Part shown: positions 34,394 to 44,642 of the stretch, one piece after another | Position numbering within the stretch: the first letter of the stretch is position 1 | How the letters are laid out: each line of letters opens with the position of its first letter | From: Leptospiraceae bacterium | Lineage (GTDB): Bacteria > Spirochaetota > Leptospiria > Leptospirales > Leptonemataceae | Reading direction: 5' to 3' | DNA length: 64,000 nucleotides | Assembly (NCBI GenBank): GCA_040217195.1 | Contig: JAVJNR010000004.1 | Span: 416,001 to 480,000 of the forward strand | The notes under the pieces: generated by a model | The model's input: only the letters and a program-made list of their open reading frames with translations | The model's database searches: none | Told to the model about the DNA's origin: nothing | Program-made: the position numbers and the translations under genes

Positions 34394-37300
34394 TTAAAAG
34401 CCGTTGTTTGAGAATTGCTGGAAGTTGATGTTTTCCAGGGTAGTGCCGGTGGCAATTCCGGTGCATCCAGATGCCGTCAGAGCGCCATGCCCCTGGTAGG
34501 CACCGAGATTGGGAGTATAGATACAACCTTCATTTCCAAAGCAAAGAGGTAGATCAGAAATTCCATCCGTTCCATCTTCTATAGCATGCCGAAGAAATGT
34601 GATGGAACCTGGAGTAGCAGTGGTCCAGGTGTGGGTGATGGTGTCGTTGCCCGTAGGGCATGTGAGGCCATTCAATAGCTCAGTGGAAGTGGATTTGAGA
34701 GCCAGGTCCCACTGCTCGCATCGCTTGGTGAGGGGCGCCGGGTTACCGATGCATTGACCACGGGCTCCCGCCGGAATCAGAAGTGTTGCATTAAGGCCAT
34801 ATAGCTGGTAAGGATTGGCGAATCCCACCCAGTTGAGAGCCAATGAAGCATTCACTGCCCCACCGGAGGGGCCAACAAAGCCACCACCATTCCCAGAGAC
34901 CGGATCAGCATCATTAAAAAGCACAACGGAGTGGTCCGAACCGGTGTCCGGGTCACAGTCCGCCGGAAGATCATCGATTCCAGTGCCAGTGCCAACATTG
35001 ATACACTTGTCCGCCAGGGGACTGAATAGTATCATTTTTCCAGAGAAGTAGGCTTGCGCTCCGGAATCCATATCAATCAGAGAATTAGCATGCAATGCGA
35101 TAGCAGAATCGATGACTTGATTGGAGCTCGATCCGTTGGCAAAGCGGATTCCGGTTCCTGGAGCATTCACTGCGATAATGTTGATTAGACTGATTCCTTT
35201 GTTATCAGCGGCAGTTCCAAAATCGAAGGAATCAGCTCCATTGTTTGCCACCGTCATATTCATGAACATGGACGTACGTAAGCCGCCACCGGAGCTCAGA
35301 ACAAATATACCGTCCCCTTCGTTCGAGGCAACGAATGAGTTCATTACGATTAGATCATCCACCATCCCATTGGCAACAATGTGAATACCCGAATTGAAAT
35401 TGTTATAGAATGTACTGTTTACCACCATGTTTCGCGCAGTATTATTGCCGCCAGAGTCCTCGATTATTAGCCCGTTGCCCGACATACTATTGGCACCACG
35501 CACTCCGGTGAGAATTGAATCGCTTACATCTGTGAGGTGAATGTTTCCAGTATTTGCGGAACCATCCACATTCCAGACCCGAACATTATTCAGTCTATGA
35601 TAATAGGATGGTCCAACAATACGAATGCCGGACGTTGTAACCATTCCGGGACCATTCCCGTCGAATTTCCCTTCAATCCAGAGGAAGTTTTTCCCGTTAT
35701 TGTTTACCATGGGATCGGCACCAGACGCTCTCAATAGGACCCCGGTATCCATTGCAATCACTACGTTGTCTGCTGCGATATCAAGAGTGCCGGTAAGTGT
35801 TGAGTTGGCCGATTGAACATAGATTCCTCCTGCTGTAGCGAGACTACCGCCACCTACAGGTATGTTCGTAACTGCATTGTTCCACCAGGCAGCTGCCGGA
35901 GCATTCGGAACGTTGGTACCGGCAATGGTTACCGAATTTGTATTCCAGGCAGGAGTACCGAAATCGATAAGATCCTTGAGTGACTTACCGACCTGAAGAT
36001 TGCCAGATACCAGCAATACGGGTAGACCCGCCCCCTGGGGAACGCAGTACCAATTCATCCAGCCCTGGGCATCTGTTCCAGAGACTCCAGTGCAATCATT
36101 GATCTTATCCAGAACCATGATCTTTCTAACCTGGCCGCCATGCAGACAACCGAAGTAAAATGCATTCTCGGATCCATCGCAGGATGTGTCCGATGCAGTC
36201 AGACCTGTGGTTCCATCATTCTTTATGTAATAATTCCAATTGGCCGCATTCGTAAAATAGGGCTGCACAGTGCCATCGCGCATGATGTATGTATGGCTCA
36301 CACTGGCGGAGTTTCCGGCCCTATCTGAGACTGTAAGATCCAGAGCTCGATTGAGTCCAGGAGACCAGATCATCATTCCTGTGGTATGAAAACCGATGGC
36401 AGGACTGATTCTAATCTCATCGTCTGGATTGGTGCTTGTGAAATAGGCTCCGCCATCATCCTCATTTTCAATATCGCCTCCGGCAATAACAGTGGCGCCA
36501 GTATCCACTGTTTCGCTGAATCGATAGACGATCGGATCATTATGTTTTACATAGGTCCCGTTTCCCGTTACATCTGTAATCACAGGCGCGGTTTCATCCC
36601 TGGTTACAGTTATAGTCTTACCCAGATCATACTGACCTACATAGTTCTCTTCGCATATTCGCACTGTATATGCGGTATCTGTTCCTGGGGCAAAAGCAGT
36701 GGCGGCAATAGCCGCGCTGGTTTGGCCTGGGCCAGCACCTGTGGTACCTGTATCTATGACCGTTCCATCGGTACAGTTCGTGCTATTGATTCGCAGGCTA
36801 TACGGTCGATTGGAGCGATCTGAATCCCAGGAAATTACCGTTGTAGTTTTGGTTCCGACGTTACTCACAAAAGCATTGGTAACGGCTTCATTGCTAATAT
36901 TACTAAAGCTGGAATCTACGGTATAATTAAAGATCTGCACAGCGCTCTTATTTCCAGCCAGGTCCACAGCGATGGCCTCGATGGTTGTAACCTGTAGATC
37001 TGGTGCTGAAATGGCCCCGCCATACGGCGCCGGAGTAGCCCCGGTACCATCGATTGCAATGTCTGGATCTGTCGGATTTGGCGGTGCCGATGGAGCAGCC
37101 ACACTCTGACTTACCACAGCCATGCCATTGCAGCCCGATGGGGAATCATTGCAGGTAAGCGAAATACTTGTTGCAGCCGTGAGATTGCCCGGGGCCTGGG
37201 AAGGACTGATTGTAGGTGCTGCATTATCTACAGTTACAGTGCGAGCAATCTCATCTCTCAATGTCGGCCCCGTCTCATAGCCACATATCAAATAGGTATT

Positions 37301-37897
37301 GGAACCAGATATGAGAGGAGTGCCGCCGGTGGTTGCGTTGAGAGTAACCACGCTGGTGCCTCCATTTGTAAGAATACCCGTGGCACTGGCATCAGGATAC
37401 GGAGTTCCGGTGGCACAGTCCGCCCCTGACTTGATTATGTAGGTTCCGGCATACGCGGAAACAAAGGAAATCTGCACCGAGTTGTATGCGCCGGCATTGG
37501 CGCTTATGTAGGTTCGATCCTGTGTTATGCTATTGATAGCAACACTGGTACAGGTCACAGTGACATTACTAACGCTGGCTGTCAGGATTCCGCTTGCACC
37601 GCTAATTGTGCAGGTCTGACCGGTGGGAGGAGTGCCGATGCTAAGACTATAAGCCGTGCCTGAGGCATACTCTTTGTTAAGCGGATGATTTCCGCCGCCG
37701 GGTATGGTAAAGGTCTCACCGTTATTTACGACTGTAAAAGAGCCGGTGGCTCCACTTACAGCCAGAGTAATCGTAAATTTATCCCCGGGAGTAGCCAGAA
37801 CTAACAGAGGATCATCCGGATAACTCTTAACGCAGTGCGAGGCAGTAAACAATGCCAGCAAGGCAAGGCAAATGGCTGTTGATATTGTTTTTCGCAC
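34394..37897 (-). CDS. Large surface lipoprotein with Ig-like/Thr-rich modules and a parallel beta-helix region
   Basis: Lipobox ASHC, GQTCTISG module, TVD-x2-AP module ends, Asn/Gly-rich GIxI repeats, Cys-rich C-terminus. GTG 37897 is a likely start. Confidence 0.75.
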   Translation of the reverse strand: MRKTISTAICLALLALFTASHCVKSYPDDPLLVLATPGDKFTITLAVSGATGSFTVVNNGETFTIPGGGNHPLNKEYASGTAYSLSIGTPPTGQTCTISGASGILTASVSNVTVTCTSVAINSITQDRTYISANAGAYNSVQISFVSAYAGTYIIKSGADCATGTPYPDASATGILTNGGTSVVTLNATTGGTPLISGSNTYLICGYETGPTLRDEIARTVTVDNAAPTISPSQAPGNLTAATSISLTCNDSPSGCNGMAVVSQSVAAPSAPPNPTDPDIAIDGTGATPAPYGGAISAPDLQVTTIEAIAVDLAGNKSAVQIFNYTVDSSFSNISNEAVTNAFVSNVGTKTTTVISWDSDRSNRPYSLRINSTNCTDGTVIDTGTTGAGPGQTSAAIAATAFAPGTDTAYTVRICEENYVGQYDLGKTITVTRDETAPVITDVTGNGTYVKHNDPIVYRFSETVDTGATVIAGGDIENEDDGGAYFTSTNPDDEIRISPAIGFHTTGMMIWSPGLNRALDLTVSDRAGNSASVSHTYIMRDGTVQPYFTNAANWNYYIKNDGTTGLTASDTSCDGSENAFYFGCLHGGQVRKIMVLDKINDCTGVSGTDAQGWMNWYCVPQGAGLPVLLVSGNLQVGKSLKDLIDFGTPAWNTNSVTIAGTNVPNAPAAAWWNNAVTNIPVGGGSLATAGGIYVQSANSTLTGTLDIAADNVVIAMDTGVLLRASGADPMVNNNGKNFLWIEGKFDGNGPGMVTTSGIRIVGPSYYHRLNNVRVWNVDGSANTGNIHLTDVSDSILTGVRGANSMSGNGLIIEDSGGNNTARNMVVNSTFYNNFNSGIHIVANGMVDDLIVMNSFVASNEGDGIFVLSSGGGLRTSMFMNMTVANNGADSFDFGTAADNKGISLINIIAVNAPGTGIRFANGSSSNQVIDSAIALHANSLIDMDSGAQAYFSGKMILFSPLADKCINVGTGTGIDDLPADCDPDTGSDHSVVLFNDADPVSGNGGGFVGPSGGAVNASLALNWVGFANPYQLYGLNATLLIPAGARGQCIGNPAPLTKRCEQWDLALKSTSTELLNGLTCPTGNDTITHTWTTATPGSITFLRHAIEDGTDGISDLPLCFGNEGCIYTPNLGAYQGHGALTASGCTGIATGTTLENINFQQFSNNGF

Positions 37898-38324
37898 TCT
37901 AAAACTCTTTTTCCGATTGCCTGGAACCCAGATTCTTCTGGCCAAACTCTATTTGTATGCAAGATGAGAGGTCTGGTCCCACACCGTACAGTTAACCATT
38001 ATTGTCCGTGTTTTTGTAGGATTTTCGTACCCGGTCAACTAAATCCATGTACTAAGTTATAAAAATCGCAGTTTGGCTCTGGTTCGATTCGGTTGCATCT
38101 TTATGCGACTTAATAAAGTCGCTTTCGTAACCCTCCGGGTATATCCAACTTCGCATACCATAATACCATGACAGTAAGCCCTGCGAAAGTAGACGAAGCA
38201 CCTGGCAGGACCAGAAGTACGGTGTGTGAATGCCAGCCCTGAATTGTCAGACCAACCAGTACTCAATTCGGCAACCACCAGTATTCGCAGCCAGGAAAAT
38301 CGAAACCGTGGTAATGAGCGCCGC

Positions 38325-38355
38325 AAAAAAGGGCCGACATGAAGCCGGCCCTTTT
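38325..38355 (-). terminator. Intrinsic terminator of glnA
   Basis: Minus strand GGGCCGGC-ttcat-GTCGGCCC followed by TTTTTT. Confidence 0.85.
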
Positions 38356-38391
38356 AGAATACCTGGATGGTATTTACAAGATGATCTGTGG

Positions 38392-39822
38392 TTAACAATC
38401 GTAGTAGAGAACGAACTCGTAGGGGTGCGGCCTCTGATTTACAATCTGCTCAACCTCTTCGCGTTTGTACTCAATGTAACTATCAATGAAGTCTTTAGTA
38501 AATACATCTCCTTTCGTCAACCATCCATGGTCTTCTTCCAGAGAGTCCAGTACCTTGGTAAGATTGGCCGGTACAGCATGCAGACCTTCCAGTTGTTCCG
38601 GAGTTGCATCGTACAGATTGAAATCCGCAGGTTTGCCCGGGTCCAGTTTTCGCTGCACTCCATCAAGACCGGCCATTAGCATGGCAGCAAAAGCGAGATA
38701 CGGATTCGCAGCGGCATCGGGAGTTCGGAATTCGATTCTGCGAGCCTTATCCCCGTGAACAGCAATAGGTACTCGAATGGAAGCAGATCGGTTTCTGGCA
38801 GAATAAACCAGATTCACCGGAGCTTCAAAGCCGGGAACCAGTCGCTTGTAGCTATTGGTGGTGGGATTGGTGAAGGAAAGCAGGGCCGGTCCGTGCTCCA
38901 GGATACCTGCAATATAGTTCATGGCCATATCGCTAAGATGAGCATACCCATTACCTGCAAACAGATTCTTACCGTCTTTCCATAGTGACTGGTGAGTGTG
39001 CATACCAGTTCCGTTATCGCCGAAAAGAGGCTTTGGCATGAAGGTAGCAGAGAATCCATGCTTTCGCGCAACATTCTTTACCACGTATTTATAGAGCTGT
39101 AGCTTGTCTGCGATTCGAGGCGCTTCATCCAGTTTGAAATTAATCTCTGCCTGACCAGCGGAGGAAACTTCATGGTGATGCTTCTCTGTTGCAATTCCCA
39201 TTTTTTCCAGCATGGCCAGCATTTCGCCCCTCAGGTCCTGGAAATGATCGTTTGGAGGCAGCGGGAAGTAACCTTCTTTCGTTCTCATTTTGAAGCCCAG
39301 GTTGGGTCCTTCATCGGTTCCCATGTTCCAGCGAGCATCAATTGAGTCGATGAAATAGAAACCACTATTCGTTTCCTGGTCAAACCTTACATCGCTGAAT
39401 ATAAAGAATTCAGCTTCCGGTCCAAAGAATACCTGATCGGCCAGGCCGGTACTTTTCATGTATTCTACCGCACGCTTCAAAATAGTACGTGGGCTTCGGG
39501 CATATTCAGTGGGCGTATCGCCGGGCTCATAAATGTCGGCGATAACTGCCAGTGTCTTCTTTTCAAAGAACGGATCTATGTAAGCACTGGAGGCATCCAG
39601 TACAGCCAGCATGTCGGATTCGTTGATTGCTTTCCATCCGCGAATAGAAGAACCGTCAAATCCAAGTCCTTGCGTAAAATCATCCTCATCCATTGCATTG
39701 ATATGCATGGTGAAGTGGTGCATCATACCGAGCATGTCGGTGAATCGCACATCCACATAATCGATTCCCTTGTCCTTACAATATTTTAGTAGTTCGGACG
39801 GTGAATTGGGCAATTGTTCCAT
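38392..39822 (-). CDS. glnA: Glutamine synthetase type I
   Basis: FDGSSI, HHHEV, FMPKP-GDNGTGMH and RIEFR motifs, plus the adenylylation-site NLYD. Confidence 0.98.
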   Translation of the reverse strand: MEQLPNSPSELLKYCKDKGIDYVDVRFTDMLGMMHHFTMHINAMDEDDFTQGLGFDGSSIRGWKAINESDMLAVLDASSAYIDPFFEKKTLAVIADIYEPGDTPTEYARSPRTILKRAVEYMKSTGLADQVFFGPEAEFFIFSDVRFDQETNSGFYFIDSIDARWNMGTDEGPNLGFKMRTKEGYFPLPPNDHFQDLRGEMLAMLEKMGIATEKHHHEVSSAGQAEINFKLDEAPRIADKLQLYKYVVKNVARKHGFSATFMPKPLFGDNGTGMHTHQSLWKDGKNLFAGNGYAHLSDMAMNYIAGILEHGPALLSFTNPTTNSYKRLVPGFEAPVNLVYSARNRSASIRVPIAVHGDKARRIEFRTPDAAANPYLAFAAMLMAGLDGVQRKLDPGKPADFNLYDATPEQLEGLHAVPANLTKVLDSLEEDHGWLTKGDVFTKDFIDSYIEYKREEVEQIVNQRPHPYEFVLYYDC

Positions 39823-39935
39823 TTCGATCTCCTGTTTATCCTTTCTTAAACTCGAAACTTTCGATGCTCAACGAGCCTATCTCCATTTCCGGACAGAGGT
39901 CCCTGCTTCGGAAATGCCAAATTGCTATTTTTTCG

Positions 39936-39951
39936 TGCAAATGGTGTGCCA
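39936..39951 (-). promoter_or_regulatory. Sigma54 (-24/-12) promoter of glnA
   Basis: Minus strand TGGCAC-ACCAT-TTGCA. Confidence 0.85.
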
Positions 39952-40214
39952 TGTATTCATAGTAGCTGAATCCTCAATAGGTCCTTCAAGAAAAAACTCA
40001 GCCCCCTTCTACCGGCATTGAGACCACGGTAACGGCATTATGCCTCCTCAACAAGCATATGTTGGTGCCACCTGGCCCTTCCACTGCTTCGGGAGCGGTT
40101 TTGAAATCTCTTCCACTACATTCGGGCATTCCACAATGAACTGGACAGTGAAACTGGCCGTCTACGATAGTAGACCGATTTCATTTCCGCTAATTATAAG
40201 GAAGGATTTTGTAA

Positions 40215-40523
40215 ATGTTTCAGAGATCACCGGCCATCATCCTACTATCCGTTGCAATCAGCTTTGCCGCAGCATTAACCAGTTTCGCTCAGGTGGAAGC
40301 TGCAGAATGCTCTGAGATTTGCCAGGCCTATCTCAGCTGCGTGGAGCAATCCTATCCCGGCCATAGCACAGAGGCACAGAAAAAAACCATCCAGGAAGGA
40401 TGTATTGGCAGCTGCCAGAAAAGCACGGACGCTGCGAACCAGTGTTACCGGCAATCCGATGGAACAGCCGGAAAGGTCGCTTCTTGCAATGAATTTTCGG
40501 CCTGTATTCTGAATGTAAACTGA
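40215..40523 (+). CDS. Exported 8-Cys protein, Leptospira Cys-rich type
   Basis: Signal peptide and 8 Cys, including two CxxxC. Confidence 0.75.
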   Translation: MFQRSPAIILLSVAISFAAALTSFAQVEAAECSEICQAYLSCVEQSYPGHSTEAQKKTIQEGCIGSCQKSTDAANQCYRQSDGTAGKVASCNEFSACILNVN

Positions 40524-40695
40524 GGTTCGCTCAATTCCTGGCTCCTATCTGGAGTAAACAAGAAGGCAGAGGAATCCTATTTGCCGATTCTTCCGGTCAG
40601 GAGCACTTACGAAGAATCCTGGCTCTTTGTCGAATGGTCCCGGCGAGATAAAATTACCATCTTCAAACCAGTTCAGATGGAAGCCGCCTGGCGGT

Positions 40696-41997
40696 TTATT
40701 TTAACAGAGAACTCCAGTCCAGAAAGATGGGCTCCTTGCCCAGCTCTTTCAATCGATCATGCATCTGCTCGATGGTGCGATGATCATCTATAGAAAATTG
40801 CTCTGCTGCTCTGTTATCTTTGCTGACTTCGTATCCACCCGGATCTGTCTTGCTTCCTGCAGACATCTGAGTGATACAAAGACCGGCCATTCGGTCGCGA
40901 AACTCCGGACTTTCGCGAGTAGAAAGAGTAATCACTGCATCTGGCAAAAACAATCGCAAAGCCAGTAAATAGCGAACGAATTCCCGGTCCTTAACTTCCG
41001 GCAGGTCTGAAACCCCGGTGGCCGCCCGGAGCCGGGGAAGCGAAACGGACAGCTGGGACTTCCAGAAATTATGCATCAGGTACCGACCATGTAAACCCAG
41101 CATGTAGACTTCGCTGGCTGGATCCGAAAGACCCAGCAGAGCTCCGATGGCTATTCTACGAATTCCTGCCTGGCCCGCCCGGTCAGGACAGTTTAGCCTG
41201 AACTCCATGCGTTTCTTCATTCCCTGCAAATGCACCTGTTTGTATCGTTTCGGATCATACGTTTCCTGGTAAACTGCCAGTCCATCCACGCCGGCCTCTC
41301 TAAGTCTTTCATAGTCGGCGCGCTTCAAAGGGTAGACTTCAATAGAAATGGATGGGAAGCGATGTCGAATCCGATTAGCAGCCTCTTCCAGGTAATCCAC
41401 CGGAGTTGCACGATAGTCTTCGCCGGTGAGCAATAATATATGACGAATCCCCTGGGAATGAAGATTACCGGCTTCCTGGTCCAGTTCCTCCATGGTCAGA
41501 GTTTTTCTTTTGATCTGGTTTCCAACGCTGAATCCGCAATACGTACAATGGGAATTGCATTCGTTGGAAAGGTACAGTGGAGCAAAGAGCTGAATTACAT
41601 TTCCAAACCTCTGCAATGTGAGTTCCCGGGCTGCAGCCGCCATGGGCTCCAGGTAGGAATTCGCAGCCGGTGAAATCAGTGAGCAAAAATCAAGAAATGT
41701 CAAAGACTTCCTGGCCGTTGCCTGATCCAGGGCTCGCTCCACATCCTCTTCGGTTCGCTGCTCAATGATTCCTGGTATGGAGGAAAAATCGAGCCTGGCT
41801 GCCACCGAAGCAAAGCCTCCTGCATCCTTCTTCTCTGGATCCATTTTTCCGTCTGGATGAGCAGGAAAATCAGGCTCCAGGGACGGATTTAATAGGATTT
41901 GCTCCAGCTTATCAATGGAACTATCCGGCTGTATACCGGCCTTCAATTGGCTGGAGTCGGACTGTATAGATTCGTGGATATCTGGAATTGTACTCAT
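40696..41997 (-). CDS. thiH: 2-iminoacetate synthase (radical SAM)
   Basis: PLYLSNECNSHCTYCGF, YQETY, SLPRLR and LSTRE motifs. Same operon as thiG. Confidence 0.92.
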   Translation of the reverse strand: MSTIPDIHESIQSDSSQLKAGIQPDSSIDKLEQILLNPSLEPDFPAHPDGKMDPEKKDAGGFASVAARLDFSSIPGIIEQRTEEDVERALDQATARKSLTFLDFCSLISPAANSYLEPMAAAARELTLQRFGNVIQLFAPLYLSNECNSHCTYCGFSVGNQIKRKTLTMEELDQEAGNLHSQGIRHILLLTGEDYRATPVDYLEEAANRIRHRFPSISIEVYPLKRADYERLREAGVDGLAVYQETYDPKRYKQVHLQGMKKRMEFRLNCPDRAGQAGIRRIAIGALLGLSDPASEVYMLGLHGRYLMHNFWKSQLSVSLPRLRAATGVSDLPEVKDREFVRYLLALRLFLPDAVITLSTRESPEFRDRMAGLCITQMSAGSKTDPGGYEVSKDNRAAEQFSIDDHRTIEQMHDRLKELGKEPIFLDWSSLLK

Positions 41998-43373
41998 AGT
42001 AGCGTGCCGGTTAAAATTAGAACCGCTACTGAGAAATAAATAACCAATCCAGTTACGTCCACAAGCATTGCCACAAAAGGAGCCGATGAGGCGGCCGGGT
42101 CAAACCCCAGGCGCTGCATTACAAGAGGCAACATGGAACCGGTAATAGTTCCCCACATAACAACTCCCAGCAAAGAAATTCCAATTACGCATCCGAGCAG
42201 AATATAATGTTCCCCATAGTCCGGGAAAAAGATCGGCCATAGAACCACTCGGAAAAAACCGATGACTCCCAGGATACCGCCCAGGGTTAAGCCGGCCAGG
42301 ATTTCTCTTCGCATGACAATCCACCAGTCTTTCAGACCCACCTCACCCAGGGCCAGGGCCCGAATGATCAAAGTAGCTGCCTGGGAACCAGAATTACCGC
42401 CGCTGGAAATAATTAGTGGAATAAAAAGACCCAGTACCACAGCCGCAGCAATCTCATCTTGAAAGAAGCTCATTGCAGTGACTGTGAACATCTGACCAAA
42501 AAACAGTAGAATCAACCATCCCACTCTTCTCTTAATCATCTGAAAAAAGCCAGTATGCATATAAGGAGTTTCCAGAGCATCCAGACCACCAAACTTCTGA
42601 ATGTCCTCTGTATGCTCCTCTTCGATTACATCCAGAACATCATCCACGGTAACTATACCCAGTAGAAATCGCTCCGAATTCACCACCGGAAGTGCCACTC
42701 GGTCATACTTCTTGAAAACATCCACAGCATCTTCCCGGTCATCCGTTGCCTGAAGAAAGATAAAGGATTCATCCATCAGATCCTGCACCTTCTTTCGAGC
42801 CGGAGCTAGCAGGATTTCTCTAATTCGCAAATCGTCGATCAAACGTCCTCGATCGTCAGTAACATAGATTACATTAATACTCTCTGAATCTTTTCCATTC
42901 TTTCGAATATGATCCAGTACCTTTTGAACGGTCCAATCCGGTCGAATGGAGATGAAGTCCGGCACCATCAATCGACCTATACTATCTTCAGGATAGCCCA
43001 GATGTTGCACGGCCACGATTCGCTCATCCGGAGTCAATAGCTCCAGCAGCTGCTTTACAGCGAAACCAGGCAATTCTTCCAGAAGGGCGGTTCGGTCATC
43101 CGCCTTCATCTCATTTAGTATAGCCGCAACTTCATTCTTTGCCAGAGTCTTGAGTAAATGTTGCTGCGAACGAAAGTCCAGGTATTCGAAAGTATCTGCT
43201 GTTAGCTCCCGTGGAAGCAGGCGAAATACCACTGCTTTATGATTGTCCGGTAAATCCTCGATTAGTTCGGCCAGATCCCCTGGTCGAAATTCCTTCAAGC
43301 GATCGCGCAAAGCCCTGGACTTTCGTTGTTCAATCAGTTCTGCGATTTCAGGAATGATGATCAGGTCGGACAT
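41994..43373 (-). CDS. mgtE: Magnesium transporter MgtE
   Basis: N domain, CBS pair, GGNSGSQ, DPA-SSAPF and VDV motifs. Confidence 0.95.
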   Translation of the reverse strand: MSDLIIIPEIAELIEQRKSRALRDRLKEFRPGDLAELIEDLPDNHKAVVFRLLPRELTADTFEYLDFRSQQHLLKTLAKNEVAAILNEMKADDRTALLEELPGFAVKQLLELLTPDERIVAVQHLGYPEDSIGRLMVPDFISIRPDWTVQKVLDHIRKNGKDSESINVIYVTDDRGRLIDDLRIREILLAPARKKVQDLMDESFIFLQATDDREDAVDVFKKYDRVALPVVNSERFLLGIVTVDDVLDVIEEEHTEDIQKFGGLDALETPYMHTGFFQMIKRRVGWLILLFFGQMFTVTAMSFFQDEIAAAVVLGLFIPLIISSGGNSGSQAATLIIRALALGEVGLKDWWIVMRREILAGLTLGGILGVIGFFRVVLWPIFFPDYGEHYILLGCVIGISLLGVVMWGTITGSMLPLVMQRLGFDPAASSAPFVAMLVDVTGLVIYFSVAVLILTGTLL

Positions 43374-43375
43374 AA

Positions 43376-44263
43376 TTAGCTCCTGCTTTCTTCATCCAGA
43401 AATCCTGTAAGTGGACTGGATGCGCTGGCCTGTTTCCAGTTTCCAGAACTACCGGCCACGCCAAAAAGGAAATGCATTCTACCGGCCGTTGTAGCTCTTG
43501 CGAAAGCCTGACCGGCCATTGCCTGATTCCTGGCCACAGCCAGCGCTGTATTGACCAGCACAGCATCAGCCCCCATTTCCATTGCACGGGCTGCATGGGA
43601 AGGAGCACCCAGTCCAGCATCTACCACCACAGGCACCCTGGCCTGTTCAATAATGATTCGAATGCTTTCTTCTGTTTTAATTCCCTGATTGGAACCTATA
43701 GGAGATCCCAGAGGCATAACGGTGGCAGCACCCACATCCTGAAGCCGCAATGCAAGCACTGGATCTGCATGAATATAGGGAAGCACGATAAAGCCATCCT
43801 TCACCAGCGCTTCCGTAGCTCGATAGGTCTCCACCGGGTCCGGCAATAAATAGACCGGATCCGGAGTAACTTCAAGTTTTACCCAGGAGCCGCCGCCCAT
43901 CTCCCGGGAAAGCTGAGCCAGACGAATGGCCTCATCTGCATCCCGGGCTCCGGACGTATTGGGAAGAAGCTGTAGACGATTCCGATCCAGAAGAGAAATC
44001 ATATCTTCCTGCTCCATGGACTTACTGAGATCCACTCGGCGCAGGGCAACCGTGACCATTTCTGTGGCTGAAGACTGCACGGCCAAAAGCATATCCTGGT
44101 TCGAAGCAAATTTGCCCGTTCCTACAAAAATCCGGGAATTGAACCGTCGTCCGGCAATGACCAGGGGACGGGGATCCACCTTACCTAATTCGATGTTTTC
44201 CTGTTCTACGGAGGCACCCGAGGATATCTGCAGGCCTGCACCGTTTTTCGCTGCCTGTTCCAT
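43376..44263 (-). CDS. thiG: Thiazole synthase
   Basis: [27 protein letters not shown] and VDAG motifs. Confidence 0.97.
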   Translation of the reverse strand: MEQAAKNGAGLQISSGASVEQENIELGKVDPRPLVIAGRRFNSRIFVGTGKFASNQDMLLAVQSSATEMVTVALRRVDLSKSMEQEDMISLLDRNRLQLLPNTSGARDADEAIRLAQLSREMGGGSWVKLEVTPDPVYLLPDPVETYRATEALVKDGFIVLPYIHADPVLALRLQDVGAATVMPLGSPIGSNQGIKTEESIRIIIEQARVPVVVDAGLGAPSHAARAMEMGADAVLVNTALAVARNQAMAGQAFARATTAGRMHFLFGVAGSSGNWKQASASSPLTGFLDEESRS

Positions 44264-44642
44264 AAAAACTCCTGTCTCCAGAATCCTACTTTATTGCCCT
44301 GCTGGCAAGCGTTCCCTGCCAGAGTAAACAGTTAGATGGAAGTATGGAGATATTGCATCTCCAATTAGATCCAGATGGCAAAAGAAAAGGGATTCCAGGG
44401 CAAAGATTGAAGACTGGCTGAATTGCAGACCATTACCTGGAGGGGCAAGACAGAAGGTCTGGCGGCGGCTTCAGGTATCTTGAAAATCGACCATGACTTC
44501 TAAATTTGCATAAACCGGCTGAGCCACCTATTCGGTATCGGAAGTTTTATTTTTGGAACCAGGGGCTTTGCCGGGATACAGGCAAAGCCATGGCCGATTG
44601 CGATTTAACCGGGAAATTGCAATCGGCCGGATCATAGACTGT

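Noticed and set aside
44264..44642. TPP riboswitch upstream of thiG
   Set aside because: The CTGAGA...ACCTGA...AGCGTAGGGA core is not found; only generic hairpins near 44574-44628.
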